Positions 1-12,944 of a stretch of 64,000 bases of DNA are shown in pieces (the first letter of the stretch is position 1; each line of letters starts with the position of its first letter). The notes under the pieces are model-generated. The model did not search any database and was not told where the DNA came from. It saw only the letters and a list, made by a program, of their open reading frames with translations. The translations under genes were made by a program, and so were the position numbers. Source of the stretch: Octopus bimaculoides (taxonomy: Eukaryota). Location: contig NC_069000.1 in NCBI RefSeq assembly GCF_001194135.2, positions 9,237,843 to 9,301,842 of the forward strand, written 5' to 3'.

Positions 1-335
1 ATTGACCACCAGATAAGGGATCGGGGGACCCTGTCAAAGGCTTTCTCCATGTCAACGAAAGCCAGGTACAGAGGTTTATCCTTGGCTAGGTATTTCTCTT
101 GCAACTGTCTCACTAGAAATAAGGCATCAGTAGTGCTTTTACCTGGCACGAACCCAAACTGCATCTCATCTAAATTGATTCGCTCCCTAATTAGTTGGGC
201 TATGACCCTCTCTGTAACTTTCATAACCTGATCTAACAGCTTGATGCCTCTGTAATTATTTGTATCTAAAGCGTCCCCTTTACCTTTGTAGCAGTTGACT
301 ATGATGCTGCTACACCAGTCATAGGGTATGACTCC
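1..335 (-). mobile_element. RTE-clade LINE reverse transcriptase fragment (5'-truncated, runs off the window)
   Basis: Stop-free minus frame GVIPYDWCSSIIVNCYKGKGDALDTNNYRGIKLLDQVMKVTERVIAQLIRERINLDEMQFGFVPGKSTTDALFLVRQLQEKYLAKDKPLYLAFVDMEKAFDRVPRSLIWWS, with hallmark YRGIxLL, QFGF..GxSTxDA and AFVDxEKAFDRV motifs. Confidence 0.95.
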
Positions 336-787
336 ACACACATACACATATACTCAGAGTTGAAACACTGTTTGATTTTTCTTTTCAGGATTGAATGTTC
401 ACCATCCCATTTCCATTGCACACACACACACATGTGCATGCACACACACAAACATTCACATACCTTCCTTTTACTTACACACATATACTCACAGAGTTGA
501 AATGCTGATTTTTTCCACCCCTTCCTTTCTCCATTGCTATTACTTTCTCTCACTCTCAGTCATGGCTATTATTCTCACTACTTCTCCTTCACTGAATTAT
601 CATTTTCTCTTCTCTAGCTTCACTTATACTACTCTTTCTCCTACTCTGTGATTTTGGACAAATATATATATATAATAGAAATAACCACCGAACACAATAT
701 TTGAGCCAATGATAGAGCCTCTATACAGTAATTTGACTAGCTAGAAATAGAAACCAAATCTTCCTTAAATCACACCCTGCTATCTTA

Positions 788-1030
788 ATCATCATCATCA
801 TCATCACCATCACCATGCTAGCATGGGTTGGATGGTTTGACCAGGCCAGGCAAGCTGGAAGGTTGCACCAGACTCCGGTCTGATTGGGCATGGTTTCTAT
901 GGCTGGATGCCCTTCTTAACACCAACTACTCTGAGAGTGTAATGGGTGCTTTTATGAGCCACTGGCACAGGTGCCATTTGCGTGACACTGGTATCTGCCA
1001 TGACTGTGATTTTGCTCGGCTTGATGGGTC
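788..1030 (-). mobile_element. RTE 3'-tail-related fragment
   Basis: (CAT)n then ccatgctagcatgggttgga...gctggatgcccttc...ctgagagtgtaatgggtgctttta, matching 25464-25640. Confidence 0.8.
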
Positions 1031-1653
1031 ACATGAAAATACACATGACAAACAGGGAGAGATAAAAAAAAGGACACATTGCTAACGTAGTCCTGGTTAC
1101 CCCTGTAGCTGTAAACGCCATTAATCATAAATCTGTTTGATCAGGGTTGATGACTGCAACAAACATCAAACATTACATGAATAGTGAAGACAGATATGAA
1201 AGAATTCAAGTTAATAGAAAAGACACAGCCTGTGGGTACCCTTAACTGATTAACTGATGGTATCCATAGACTGTATCTTATATAAAATACAAGTGATGAA
1301 ATGTTAACAATGGAAGAAGGCAAACACTAGAACAAGCTGGAAAGAAGGAAAATGAAAAGAGGCAGTAACAAAAGTACATGGATGTAATGAAAACAACGTG
1401 TGGAATGTGACATTATTGGGAGAAATAATCTGATTATATCCCATCAAGGGGTATATAGTAAAATAAGTGTTTTGCTTGTCAAATATGACCACCCTAGTAA
1501 ACTTTGCTTGTCAGCACATATTTTCTTTTCCCAAATCACTAATTTCCTCAGATTCTACTATTTCATTTATAGATATCAATTTTACCGATAGATTCTACAT
1601 GAATGCTGTGTCAAGTTTCATCTTTGAAGACAAATATTTCCTTACTTCTCCTT

Positions 1654-1654
<1 letters not shown>

Positions 1655-1710
<56 letters not shown>

Positions 1711-1990
1711 NNNNNNNNNNNNNNNNNNNNNNNNNNNNNNNNNNNNNNNNNNNNNNNNNNNNNNNNNNNNNNNNNNNNNNNNNNNNNNNNNNNNNNNNNN
1801 NNNNNNNNNNNNNNNNNNNNNNNNNNNNNNNNNNNNNNNNNNNNCTTTAATGGACGACTTGAAATTCTGTATATATTAGTGGTAGTGGTGGTGGTGATGG
1901 TGGCAGCATGATTGTCATTATTTTGCATTTTAGGTTTACTTCATTTTCTGTAAAATACCAACTCACTCAATGCTTCTAAGTTTTATATGC

Positions 1991-2052
<62 letters not shown>
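1655..2052. repeat. (TG)n microsatellites flanking a gap
   Basis: Runs at 1655-1710 and about 1993-2052. Confidence 0.95.
1711..1844. other. Assembly gap (N run)
   Basis: N bases. Confidence 1.
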
Positions 2053-2053
<1 letters not shown>

Positions 2054-2915
2054 TATACACATGTACTACAATCTATAACAACTGGTTAAATACTGCTGTG
2101 ATGAAGTCATGTCAATACAACAAAAGAATTTGATGCATAATAATAAAATAAATGTGACTATAGTACTGTATGTCTAAACCACTGAGATCTCACTCTCACT
2201 GCACTGCTTGTGTTCCCATTGTATAACATATGTCTAGCAAAACTACATCCCAAAGTGTACTGGGATTTTCTGCTCTCTATTGTTAATTACTCCTTTGATA
2301 TTTGCTATGTTGACCTTTAAGGTCTTTGGAATTCTATATCATTCTTTCAAGCTTAGGACTTTTTCCTCAACTCTTCCACAAAATGTACAATGAGAACCAG
2401 GTCACCATCCTGTATAAAGTTCTCATGTTTTTCCATTTCTGAACTCCTCTTTTATTACGCTTTTGCAATGAAGTTTTAATATTATTTATTCGAGGGAGCT
2501 TAATTTCTATAAATACTACCTAAACTTGTTCTAACACTGAAAGTTAAATATCTTTTTCATATATATTCTCAGTTATAGCTTATGCTGGTGAGGAAAGATT
2601 TAATCCATATTGTTAGTATATATACGTACATTTTATGTGTGCCTTATATAGGAGTTTAATGTCGGGTTTTGGGTAAAGTATATACGTTTACATATAACTA
2701 AGGAGGACATTTAGATGCTAGATAGTTGAAACTGGTATGATACTGAGATAGTATATCAGTTTCAAAGCTAGAGTTAAGTAGTAAGTACACCCATATCACT
2801 TTCTGAAAAGAAGAAAATTTAGATAACTTATGATCAAGAAATAGTGATGAAATGATTGGATAGTGATAACTCCTTCTAAATCTGATTAATGTCATCAGTG
2901 CATCTAGCATACTCA

Positions 2916-2916
<1 letters not shown>

Positions 2917-2965
<49 letters not shown>
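2917..2965. repeat. (CA)n microsatellite
   Basis: Direct reading. Confidence 0.95.
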
Positions 2966-2968
<3 letters not shown>

Positions 2969-3560
2969 TTTATTTATTGTGCTCCTAATAGTATTGGGCA
3001 TGATATTGTCTAACATTTCTGACATACATATCAAGCAGTCCATCTCCAACCATTCATTTATTATATAAATATATGCACACACATAACAGTATTGTATCGA
3101 AATGATTGGTTTGACATGTAGGTAGTATTTAATCAAATATTTAAAAGCAGAAATAAAAGCTGTATTAGGAAATTACAATACTACTTACTAAAATGTCATA
3201 GACACACTTAGCCAAACAAATGTTTTCAAACTAAATTTGTTGTGAAAAGCTAAAATGTGAAAATCAATTATATTCAGATACATATACAGTTAGTACACTG
3301 AATTTGGCACACAGAAAACACAGAGATCAAACAAAAACAAGCAATGAAATGCGTATTAGTGGTTTAGTTGTTACTTAAAAGCAATAGTTGAATAGCTACT
3401 TTTAAACAACTATATGTATTGTTGAAGGCTTTTCAAGCTGAGATTAATATTTGAAGCAGATTGTTGAAAGATTATGCTTTTGAAAAGAACACTTCAAAAA
3501 GCAGTTTGGTAAATAAGGCTGTGAGAAGGCTGGAGCTCAAGCATGGGATCACACTTTTAC

Positions 3561-3638
3561 CTTCATTGTCTTGATCTTTTTACGTGTAAGGTGACCTCGT
3601 ATGCCAGCTTGAATCTTTGTAGCAGCATTCGTCTTCAT
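3561..3638 (-). CDS. SPA17: Coding exon (78 nt, phase 0>0): MKTNAATKIQAGIRGHLTRKKIKTMK, IQ motif 2
   Basis: Acceptor atattgcttag| and donor AAG|gtaaaa. 15/19 identity to the GAP-43 IQ AATKIQASFRGHITRKKLK. The in-frame TAG just upstream fixes the acceptor. Assignment to the same gene is inferred from strand and phase. Confidence 0.85.
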
Positions 3639-5408
3639 CTAAGCAATATCAGGGTAATGTGAGTACATTTGAGAACAGTTTCATTGTTTTAAAATGACAT
3701 CTTAAACAATGAATGGCTTTGAAATAATGGAAAATTTGACATAGGAACAAAATAAGAAAATGGACAAAGAAAGTATTTCACAATTATAAAAGTTTGAAGT
3801 TCATTTTGACAAGCACTAGGACAAAAGAAAGGCAAAATAACAGCCAAAGGTAAATGTCACTATAGACATAATAATTTATAACTTATACAATTGTATTTCA
3901 TGAGGTTGATAAGTTACATGATATAAAAGAATAAAATATTTATACAAACTCAATGAAAATATTTAGTGTGACAGTCCTCCATTCAAAATAATGGATAGAG
4001 GAATAAGATATTGTAGTATAGAAGCAAAAAATTCAAGTGGTAAATGAAATTTTACTGCTATTGGTAGCAGAGATGTGATTTTTACCATGAGAAACAGAAA
4101 ATTATTATAAAACCTTTAAGCCATAATGGAAAATGAAAATGTTTACAAATAAAATATTTTACAGTAACTGGCTACAAACAAACAATTAAAAAAATTGTTA
4201 TGTGAAATATTGGAATTTTGACCAATGGATCAATGATCTGAAATTTTAAACAATGGAGATTGATTTGCAATTGTACAAGATGGTTCATGTAGGAACTACA
4301 AAGCTATCCCTCACAGTTTTAAACTATCTTTACACTGTTGATCTTCAACATCAGAAACTTGTGAAATGTCATTACATTGACACTCTGAATCTAACTTAAT
4401 ATAGTACTGCTATTTATTTTATCAATCCTACAGGGATGAAAGGTAAATTCAATCTATCTCAGACAGAAGACTTGGTCCAAATGCTCATATCAGAATGAAC
4501 TTCAGGTGGTGGTGTTAAACAAAGTGATGGGTTGTCTATCATCCAGTGTCAATATAATGACATTCCACAAGTTTCTGATGGAGGTGAGAGATCAGATCCT
4601 CCATAGTTTGTTCAGGCCCCCCATAGTTTGTTGCTTGCATCACAGTTTCTGTAGAAGGAGCCATTATTCAACCAATGAACAATAATATACCAACATGGAG
4701 CAACGCAATCCAGTGTCAACTTAATAGGTTAATGAATTAAATATATTTTTATAATATCCTCCTTCTCCATCAATTTATCGACACTCCACAGGTCGCTTGT
4801 ATTAAACTATTAGATAAAGGAATATAGTTGTATTAAAAAAAAAATTTGAAGCAAGATTCAATACACACGGAAGGAGTATGATGACTTCAATGCTTTCTGA
4901 GAGTTAATTTGCCAAGCTGAATGCTATTCAATCTAAAGTATGTTTCATTTTGTATAATTTTAGAGAGTTTATTCATTAATTTGTTCATATTTTTTTTTCA
5001 GCAATCTGTGTTATTTCCGGCGTAGTTTAACTGCTGTGAATTTTCTCTGCTATTTCCTTCACCTTAGATGTTCACAAAGCTTTTTAATGAAAATTTGCAT
5101 AACTTACACTCTTACAATATATAGATAGATACTAGTGAATGCTCAAGGCATTGAACTATTTTGGAAAGAAGAAAAAAATAAACAATTGCATTGGAATGGT
5201 AATATCTAACAAACAGTAAAACAGCTGCTACAAAAGGAAGAAACTTGTTAAAATAAAAAAATTTTAAAAACTTGAAATAACGTGTTTATATTATATTTTC
5301 TTTTCTTTGTATTAAAAGTTTTATTACATATATTTTATGCATGATAGTGATCCTATTAAATATTCCTGTGAGAGTGTATGTAGGAACTCATCCTCAGTCG
5401 TTCTCTCT

Positions 5409-5453
<45 letters not shown>

Positions 5454-7014
5454 TGTATGTATACACAAACACACAAAAAGATGAATCAAAGTAATGCAAA
5501 TAAAAATTGCATTACTTTTTGACTCACCCTTGTATGTGGATGTATGTATATACATATATACATACATGCATGTATAACTATAAGCAAGCACACAAATACA
5601 CACAAGCAATAATTTTCCATCAAATTGTTCTGTCTGCATCTATATGAAAATCTACATTAAATCTCAATTATATAAATTAATGTATGCATTTATTTACACA
5701 TATACATGCGTGCACACACACTCACACACACACACACCATTAAACGTCTACATGTATACATATTCATATATGAATACATTTATGTAGATCTATTGATAAA
5801 TGTATAAACTAATGCAAATTGGACGCTCACACTCTTCCAGTGTGGCGTATGCATGTTGTGTGAAGAATATTAGCACAGTGATAAGTTAACATTTCTATTC
5901 ATGTAACTATAGCATTATTTACATGTATCTTAACATACATCATACATATACACATCTTTACTTGTGAACATATATATAATACATGCATATCTACATAAAC
6001 ACATTACTTAAACAGCTTTTTATGACTATATACTAACATGTATATATATAGAGTGATAAACTGAAAGAGAGAGAGAGAGAGATTAGAGACAGAAAAAGAA
6101 GGAGAGATATCCATAGTTATCTAGGTGTGCCTAATTTCATGCAGAACAAGATATGTTTCTGCAAGAAATAAGCCAAAAAAAAAGAAAATATATTTTACCT
6201 AGGAGTGAGAAACAGCTCTGAAAAATTATTTAAAATATCAATGAGCGCTTCAGTAGAAATAAATAATTAGAATTGTTTCATTCTCATCAATGCTGTGTCA
6301 GTTAACAGTAATCAACTAAATATTAATATTACTACTATTATTATTATTTGATAGTAGCATATCTGCTTCCAAATGTTAGCTTGCTATGACAACATTATAG
6401 TGTCGTGGGAGGATAGACTGAAAAATCTTCCTGTTGTTGTCTTCAGGTTGTCATGAGGCTCAAGAGGAGCTGTAAGATTTGATGCAAATAAAAATAGTCT
6501 GTTAGCAATCTCATCAGGCTGAGTCTATGACAGTTTCAACTGCCATATATATATATTCTTTTATTTTTTTACTTGTTTCAGTTATTTGACTGTGGCCATG
6601 CTGGAACACCATGTATACATTTGCTTATCTGTAACAACAAGTTAAAGCCATAGACAATGAGTTGGAAAGAGATGTCCTCTACCAAATTAATTTACTGTTG
6701 ATATACCATATGAAGTAAAATATTTTTGCTGTGACATGCAATTTACTATGTTCTATAGAATATTTCATTTCTATTTTGATAAAAGGCATATAACATTAAT
6801 GCTTTTTCCAAGAATATTTAGAATCAAAACTAAGCCACAAGCTTGCTTCCCAGTAGCCTACCTTGTTCTCTATGATTCAGCAAATTGCTATATGAGTGTA
6901 TTATAACATCAGAATCTTAGCTTAGGGGAATAATGATTGGGTCAGGATATATGCCAGCAGTCATCCAGAATTAAACTAATTTCTGTTGTTGACATGCAGT
7001 GACAAAATCCTAAT

Positions 7015-7190
7015 GGCAGTATGGTTAAAATGTTCACTTCACAACCACATAGTTTTAGGTTCAGTCCCACTTCATGTCACCTTGGGCATGTGTCTTCCAC
7101 TGCAGCTCCTTGATCATCCAATGCATTGGGAGTGAATATGGTAGACAGAGTCTGTACAAAGAACATCATTTGTGTGTAAGTGTGTGTGTA
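7015..7190 (+). mobile_element. SINE family A, 5' half
   Basis: caaccacatagttttaggttcagtcccacttcatgtcaccttgggcatgtgtcttc. Confidence 0.7.
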
Positions 7191-9230
7191 TGGAGGCTTG
7201 TATTCTGCAATTGCATGAAAAACATTCACTGAGCTACAGCCAGTGTTCTTAGTCAAAATAAAAATCATCTAGTAGCCCTGTGCATTCAAAGATTAAAGGA
7301 GCAAAAATCCTCTCACTTGAAATGACATTAAGGATTAGTGGAAGGAAGAACAACTGGCTACAAAACACTGCCTCTGGATTATGTATTCATCTAATGAATT
7401 CTAGCAAGAAATAACAAATGTAAAAAGAATGAACAATATTATATATCATTGTCATCATCATTTTACATATACTTTCTGTGCTAGAATGGTTTGGAAGATA
7501 CACCATGAACTAAAAACTTTTTTAGTTCATTGTGTATGAACTAAATTAGTTCATGAACTAAAAACTTTTTTAGTTCATTAACAGGCATTTAATGAAGTTC
7601 AAAGTAATAGATATCTATATTAAATCAAAAGGTTAATCCATAGGAAAAAATTATAGGGAAATAAAAAAAACTAACATCCACTACATATTAGGACAGAATA
7701 GAAAATCAAATCCTTTCAGTTTTTCCTTATCCAGGGTTAAAGACTTGAAGTAAAAGTGATTAAAATAAAAATTTACTTTATTTAAAAAAATCTACTCTAG
7801 CCTGCAGCATCATTCTCTAAAATAATATATTTCATACAGCATTCCAAGTTGTATGGGTCTGGTTTAGACAGATGGCAAAGTTCTACGCATGTACACATAC
7901 AAAGTCACATAAACATGCATTGAAACATATACATTTTTTACAAAGCTACCATTATTGTTACAATCATCATTAATATATATTTTAACAAATGTTGTATTAT
8001 GCCACTGAACTGACACCACCCCTACTTCCACAGCCACCATCATTATCACTATAACTTTAAATCATTATTCTATATAATAGTGGTAATAGTACAAAATCAG
8101 AATGAATGACAGCATGCCATTCATCTAGATTTTCTACCATTATGACCATGAGGTCCAATAATCTTGAATCTGAACATTTATTCCAGTCTCTTCTTTGTCT
8201 GCTTTAGTGATAATTGCCTTCCATTGTCAATATTTAGTAATTTTTCATTCAGCAGGTGTCATCCATTTTCATCAGGTGTCCACAACAATAACACTCTCAC
8301 TCCTCCATATGTTCACAAACATTTTTAATGACTAACCACTTTCTCAGTTGATTTTCATACAAGTCAATGTTAAAAATCCAATGGATCAAACATTATATCT
8401 GTATTTTCTGCAAACAGAAACATTTATACTTGAAATGAGGTAACAATTTCCTAAATTTCCTAAATGAGGTAACAATTTCCTCTTCTTACTATATTGCAAC
8501 ACCCAACTATCTTAACTATATTTCACATGTTACTTCTGTAATAATTGCCATATCTAATATCTTTGTTACATGTTAATTTCCTAGATATCACATTGCACTT
8601 TCTGCATAACTGCTGCTTGCACTGACTGCACGGTATAGAGTTTCATGGCAAGACCAATTCTCTGATGGTTTCAATTTTTCTACTCTTAGCTACTAACAAG
8701 TACAGCAGATTTCCTTGCTTTGACTTTTGGTCTTTAGCTTTTGTACCATTCTTACATTTGAAATAATTTATGTAATTCTTTCTCTGTCAGATTTAGCAAT
8801 GGGAACCAATATTCACTCCTCCTGAGCTCATAAGTGATTATCTCAAGAACTACATTGATAAGAAAATGGTTGAGAACACAATTTTTCTTCAAATGTCTTT
8901 ACTCTGGGTGGTATTTTCAAATAACATTCATTGTATTTCATAAATTTTATAAAGTTACATCTCAGTATAACAAAAATAAAATATTGCTTTTCATGAGCTT
9001 TTAAGATGGTTTTTGTTACATTCCTGAGGTTAAACACAAGAACTTTTGTTAGCAGTACCATTGTCACCATCATTAAACAAATGATGATGTTAATGGTGAG
9101 AAGATATTTCTATGGAGACTAACTGAAAGTGCCATAACTTGCAAAGTTTCATGTTTATTGTGCCTTTCCTTGTCTAAAATAAAATTAAAATTTTATTTTA
9201 ATCATACTAGAATGTAACGTTTATTACTGG

Positions 9231-9625
9231 TGCAAGCAAGGCTGTATGGTAAGAAGCTCACTTCCTAACCACATAGTTCCAGGTTCAGTCCCACTGCATG
9301 GCACCTTGGGCAAGTGTCTTCTACTATAGCCTTGGGCCAACCAAAACCTTGTGAGTGGATTTGATAGATGGAAACTGAAAGAAGCCTGTTGTATGTATGT
9401 ATATATATATATATATATATGTGTGTATGTGTATGTTTGTCCACCCCACCATCACTTGGCAACTGATGATGGTGTGTTTACATCCTTGTAACTTAGCGAT
9501 TTGGCAAAAGACATCAAGAGAATAAGTACTAGGCTTACAAAGACTAAGTCCTGGGATCAATCTGTTCAACTAAAGGTGGTGCTCCAGCATGGCCATAGTC
9601 AAATGACTGAAACCAATAAAAGAAA
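9231..9625 (+). mobile_element. tRNA-headed SINE family A, near full length with internal (TA)/(TG) microsatellite
   Basis: gctgtatggtaagaagctcacttcctaaccacatagttccaggttcagtcccactgcatggcaccttgggcaagtgtcttctactatagc (B-box-like GGTTCAGTCCC) ... ggtgctccagcatggccatagtcaaatgactgaaacc. Many copies occur in the window. Confidence 0.85.
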
Positions 9626-9819
9626 GCTATAATGCCTAACCTGCAACTCCTGGAAGAAGTCATAGGAATGTTGTTGTGAAATACAATGTGTCTTAGGCAC
9701 CTAAAGATGGTGGAGTCCATCCTTCACCAGTTTTTTGGCTATAGTTGGTTTCTTTAAGAAAAAGAGAGAGGAGGAGGGAAGGAGAGAGAGTAAGGGAGAG
9801 AAGAATATGTCCCAAGACT

Positions 9820-9965
9820 ACACTGGTTCTTTATTTATTGACCCTGAAAAGATGAAAGGCAAATTTGAACTCAGTAGGATTTGAACTCCATGCACAAAGG
9901 GCCAGAACGAATACCATAAGACACTGTATTCAATGCTCTATCAAATCTACCAGTTCACAATGTTT
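9820..9965 (-). mobile_element. SINE family B fragment
   Basis: cactggttctttatttattgaccctgaaaagatgaaaggcaaatttgaactcagtaggatttgaactc. Confidence 0.7.
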
Positions 9966-10399
9966 ATCATTCTTATCAATGAATGTCCTTTGTCAATTTC
10001 ATTCAATTATTCTGTGTGGTATTTCAAATGAACTATTATTGCAGTCTGACCTCCATGAAAGGGAAAAATATTAATACAACCTTGTTTAATTAACACTCTA
10101 TTGAAGAAATAATTGACATCAATCAATGTGATAATTTACTTTTCAATGTATAGCATCACCATTTTCATGCTAGCATTGATATGATGTAGTTTGTTTAGTA
10201 GTTGCTTCAGATGTTTTTACAGTTGAATGTCCTCCTTACAAATCATTCAATAGCAAACTAAGAGTGAAATTATTAATAATAACATATAAAATTATTATTT
10301 TCTAAGCAGGGTCATCTGTGTTGTCCAGTGTCCATAGTGAGGCTTGAACTTATGACCATGTTATCATAATAATTTGTTCTAACCTTGAAGAAAAGACAA

Positions 10400-10790
10400 G
10401 TCAATTACAGCAACCCTAGTATGTGACTAGTATTTTATTTTATCAACCTCAAAAGGATAAAAATAAGTTGAAATCAGCAGAATCTGAACTCAGAATGTAA
10501 ACAACCAAAAGAAATGTAGTTAAGCATTTTGTCCGACATGCTAATGATTCTGTTAGCTTGCTGCCTTCATAATAATGATAATTATTTATAATATCAGGAC
10601 AAGGCTACAAATTTAAGGTTGGGAGGAAAGCAGTTGATTATAGTGACCATATACTTGATCAGTAAGAACATAGGGACAACACCATGGATGTGGTAGAGAA
10701 GGAAAAGTTGATTATATCAATGGAATATGTGACTGGTACTTTATTTATCAACCTCTAAAAGATAAAAAAGCAAAGATAACCATAGTGACA
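10400..10790 (-). mobile_element. Two SINE family B copies (about 10400-10570 and 10690-10790)
   Basis: tatgtgactagtattttattttatcaacctcaaaaggat...tctgaactcagaatgtaa...ttaagcattttgtccgacatgctaatgattctgttagcttgctgcctt. Confidence 0.7.
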
Positions 10791-10814
10791 CTTAAATACA
10801 GTATGTTTTGAGCC

Positions 10815-10816
<2 letters not shown>

Positions 10817-10906
<90 letters not shown>
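10817..10906. repeat. (AAT)n microsatellite, about 30 units
   Basis: Direct reading; one interruption. Confidence 0.95.
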
Positions 10907-10907
<1 letters not shown>

Positions 10908-12327
10908 GCCTTTCTACACTGAAAAGCCAGGATTTAAAAACATTGAGGTATACATATTGAAATGATATCTAGCTATCTTTCAATGCTTCATGTTTTGCAT
11001 AATAAGTGCACATTGGTGGATGAGGTGAAATTGTGATTGTGGAAGTAAAAATGTCTCAGAATCAGAAGTTGATATTCTTTGGTTTTGAAGAAGTAAGGCA
11101 ATAATTACAATTTTCAATTTTAAACTGATATATTTGAAATAGTTGCTTTTAATTTTGCAAGAATTATTAGTTCCTATTGGATTATCAATTGTTAAAGATC
11201 TAGAACCTGTTCAGGAGTGCCAAAATGGGTAACCAATACCTGAATGCCTGGCAGATTTAATTTACATTTATTTGATAAGAGAAGGACAATACCAAATAAT
11301 GTTTTAAACATATCAAACATACTAGGAAAAGGTATGACTCCATGGCCTAGGAAAATTTTAGGACACCTAAAGCCATCTCTCAAATTAGCTAAGTAATGAA
11401 ATATAATATTTTTATAGTGAGAAAACAATTTCAATGTGAATTTTGTTTAGATTTATTTTGCTACAAGAGATTCTCACACATCTGCTGTTGGTTTATAATA
11501 TCAGTTTTCAGTCATTTACTCTTTTATTTCCTCTTCTGTGTATTTCTAATTAAATATCTAGCCATTACAACTATGAAGACACATCAGATTGCTTTCTGTT
11601 TTTGTTTTCTTTTTACTCTGTTGCTCTCTCTTTCTCTCTCTCTTTGCACACCTACACAATGTACAAACAATTTGCTATGTATTTATGTGTAGGCAAACTC
11701 AACTCAGTTTCTTTGCTTGCATCAACTGCTAAGTAGTAACAGCATCACTCACCTACCTCTTACGTATCAACAATGTTGGCATAGACTAGTAATTCCTGCC
11801 CACATTGTGATAGTGATAAAGTACTGTTATTAGAGTGTTGAGGAGAAGTTAAGTAAATAATAACTAATCAGAGAATGTTTTCTGCTATAATGCAGACATT
11901 TTTCATTGTAAGATCTTCACAAATGGATATATTTTGCTAATGGCATCACTAGAAGTAAACATGTTTTAAACTTATCAAGTAAAGAGATTGAGATTATGTA
12001 AAGAACAAGCAACTTAATTGCATAAACTAGAATATCTTTGAGAATATTTTAGACTTACAGCAATTCTTCACACATAATGTTTCATTTCCAAGGTATTACT
12101 TAAAAGTACTAACTTAAAGGACGTTTAGATGTCCTTAAGAAAAATAAAGCAACTAAATACAAATATAAAAATTTTGTTCCACTGTTTCTTATTCATATCA
12201 TAGAGAGAAAGATAAAAAAGATCAATATTTGTTCAGTCTTGTAATTCCTTAATTTATGTTTCTGCAATTAAACATCCATATACACATACTCCTAAAAACA
12301 CACACACACACACACATACATATATCT

Positions 12328-12495
12328 TCGCAGGTGTGGCTGTGTGGTAAGAAGTTTGCTTCCCAACCACATGGTTCCGGGTTCAGTCCCACTGTGTAGC
12401 AGCTTAGGCAAGCATCTTCTACTATAGCCTTGGGCCAACCCAAGCTTTGAGAGTGGATTTGGTAGTTGGAAACTGGAAGAAGCCTATCTTATATA

Positions 12496-12552
<57 letters not shown>

Positions 12553-12659
12553 ATGTATGTCTTTGTGCCTGTTCATCCACCACCCTCACTTGACAACTGG
12601 AACTGGTGTTGGTGTGGTTACATCCCTGTGCAGTTCAGCAAAAGAGGCTGGTAGAATAA
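12328..12659 (+). mobile_element. SINE family A copy truncated by an assembly gap
   Basis: gcaggtgtggctgtgtggtaagaagtttgcttcccaaccacatggttccgggttcagtcccactg..., with an internal (TG)n. Confidence 0.85.
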
Positions 12660-12944
12660 NNNNNNNNNNNNNNNNNNNNNNNNNNNNNNNNNNNNNNNNN
12701 NNNNNNNNNNNNNNNNNNNNNNNNNNNNNNNNNNNNNNNNNNNNNNNNNNNNNNNNNNNNNNNNNNNNNNNNNNNNNNNNNNNNNNNNNNNNNNNNNNNN
12801 NNNNNNNNNNNNNNNNNNNNNNNNNNNNNNNNNNNNNNNNNNNNNNNNNNNNNNNNNNNNNNNNNNNNNNNNNNNNNNNNNNNNNNNNNNNNNNNNNNNN
12901 NNNNNNNNNNNNNNNNNNNNNNNNNNNNNNNNNNNNNNNNNNNN
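12660..12944. other. Assembly gap (N run)
   Basis: N bases. Confidence 1.

Noticed and set aside
6447-6471. Plus-strand 25-nt exon-like segment (cttcag|...|gtaaga)
   Set aside because: Not a multiple of three, has no partner exons, and such signals are common by chance.
9231-9310. tRNA-like A/B-box sequences
   Set aside because: These are SINE heads, present in many diverged copies, and do not form a complete cloverleaf; not tRNA genes.
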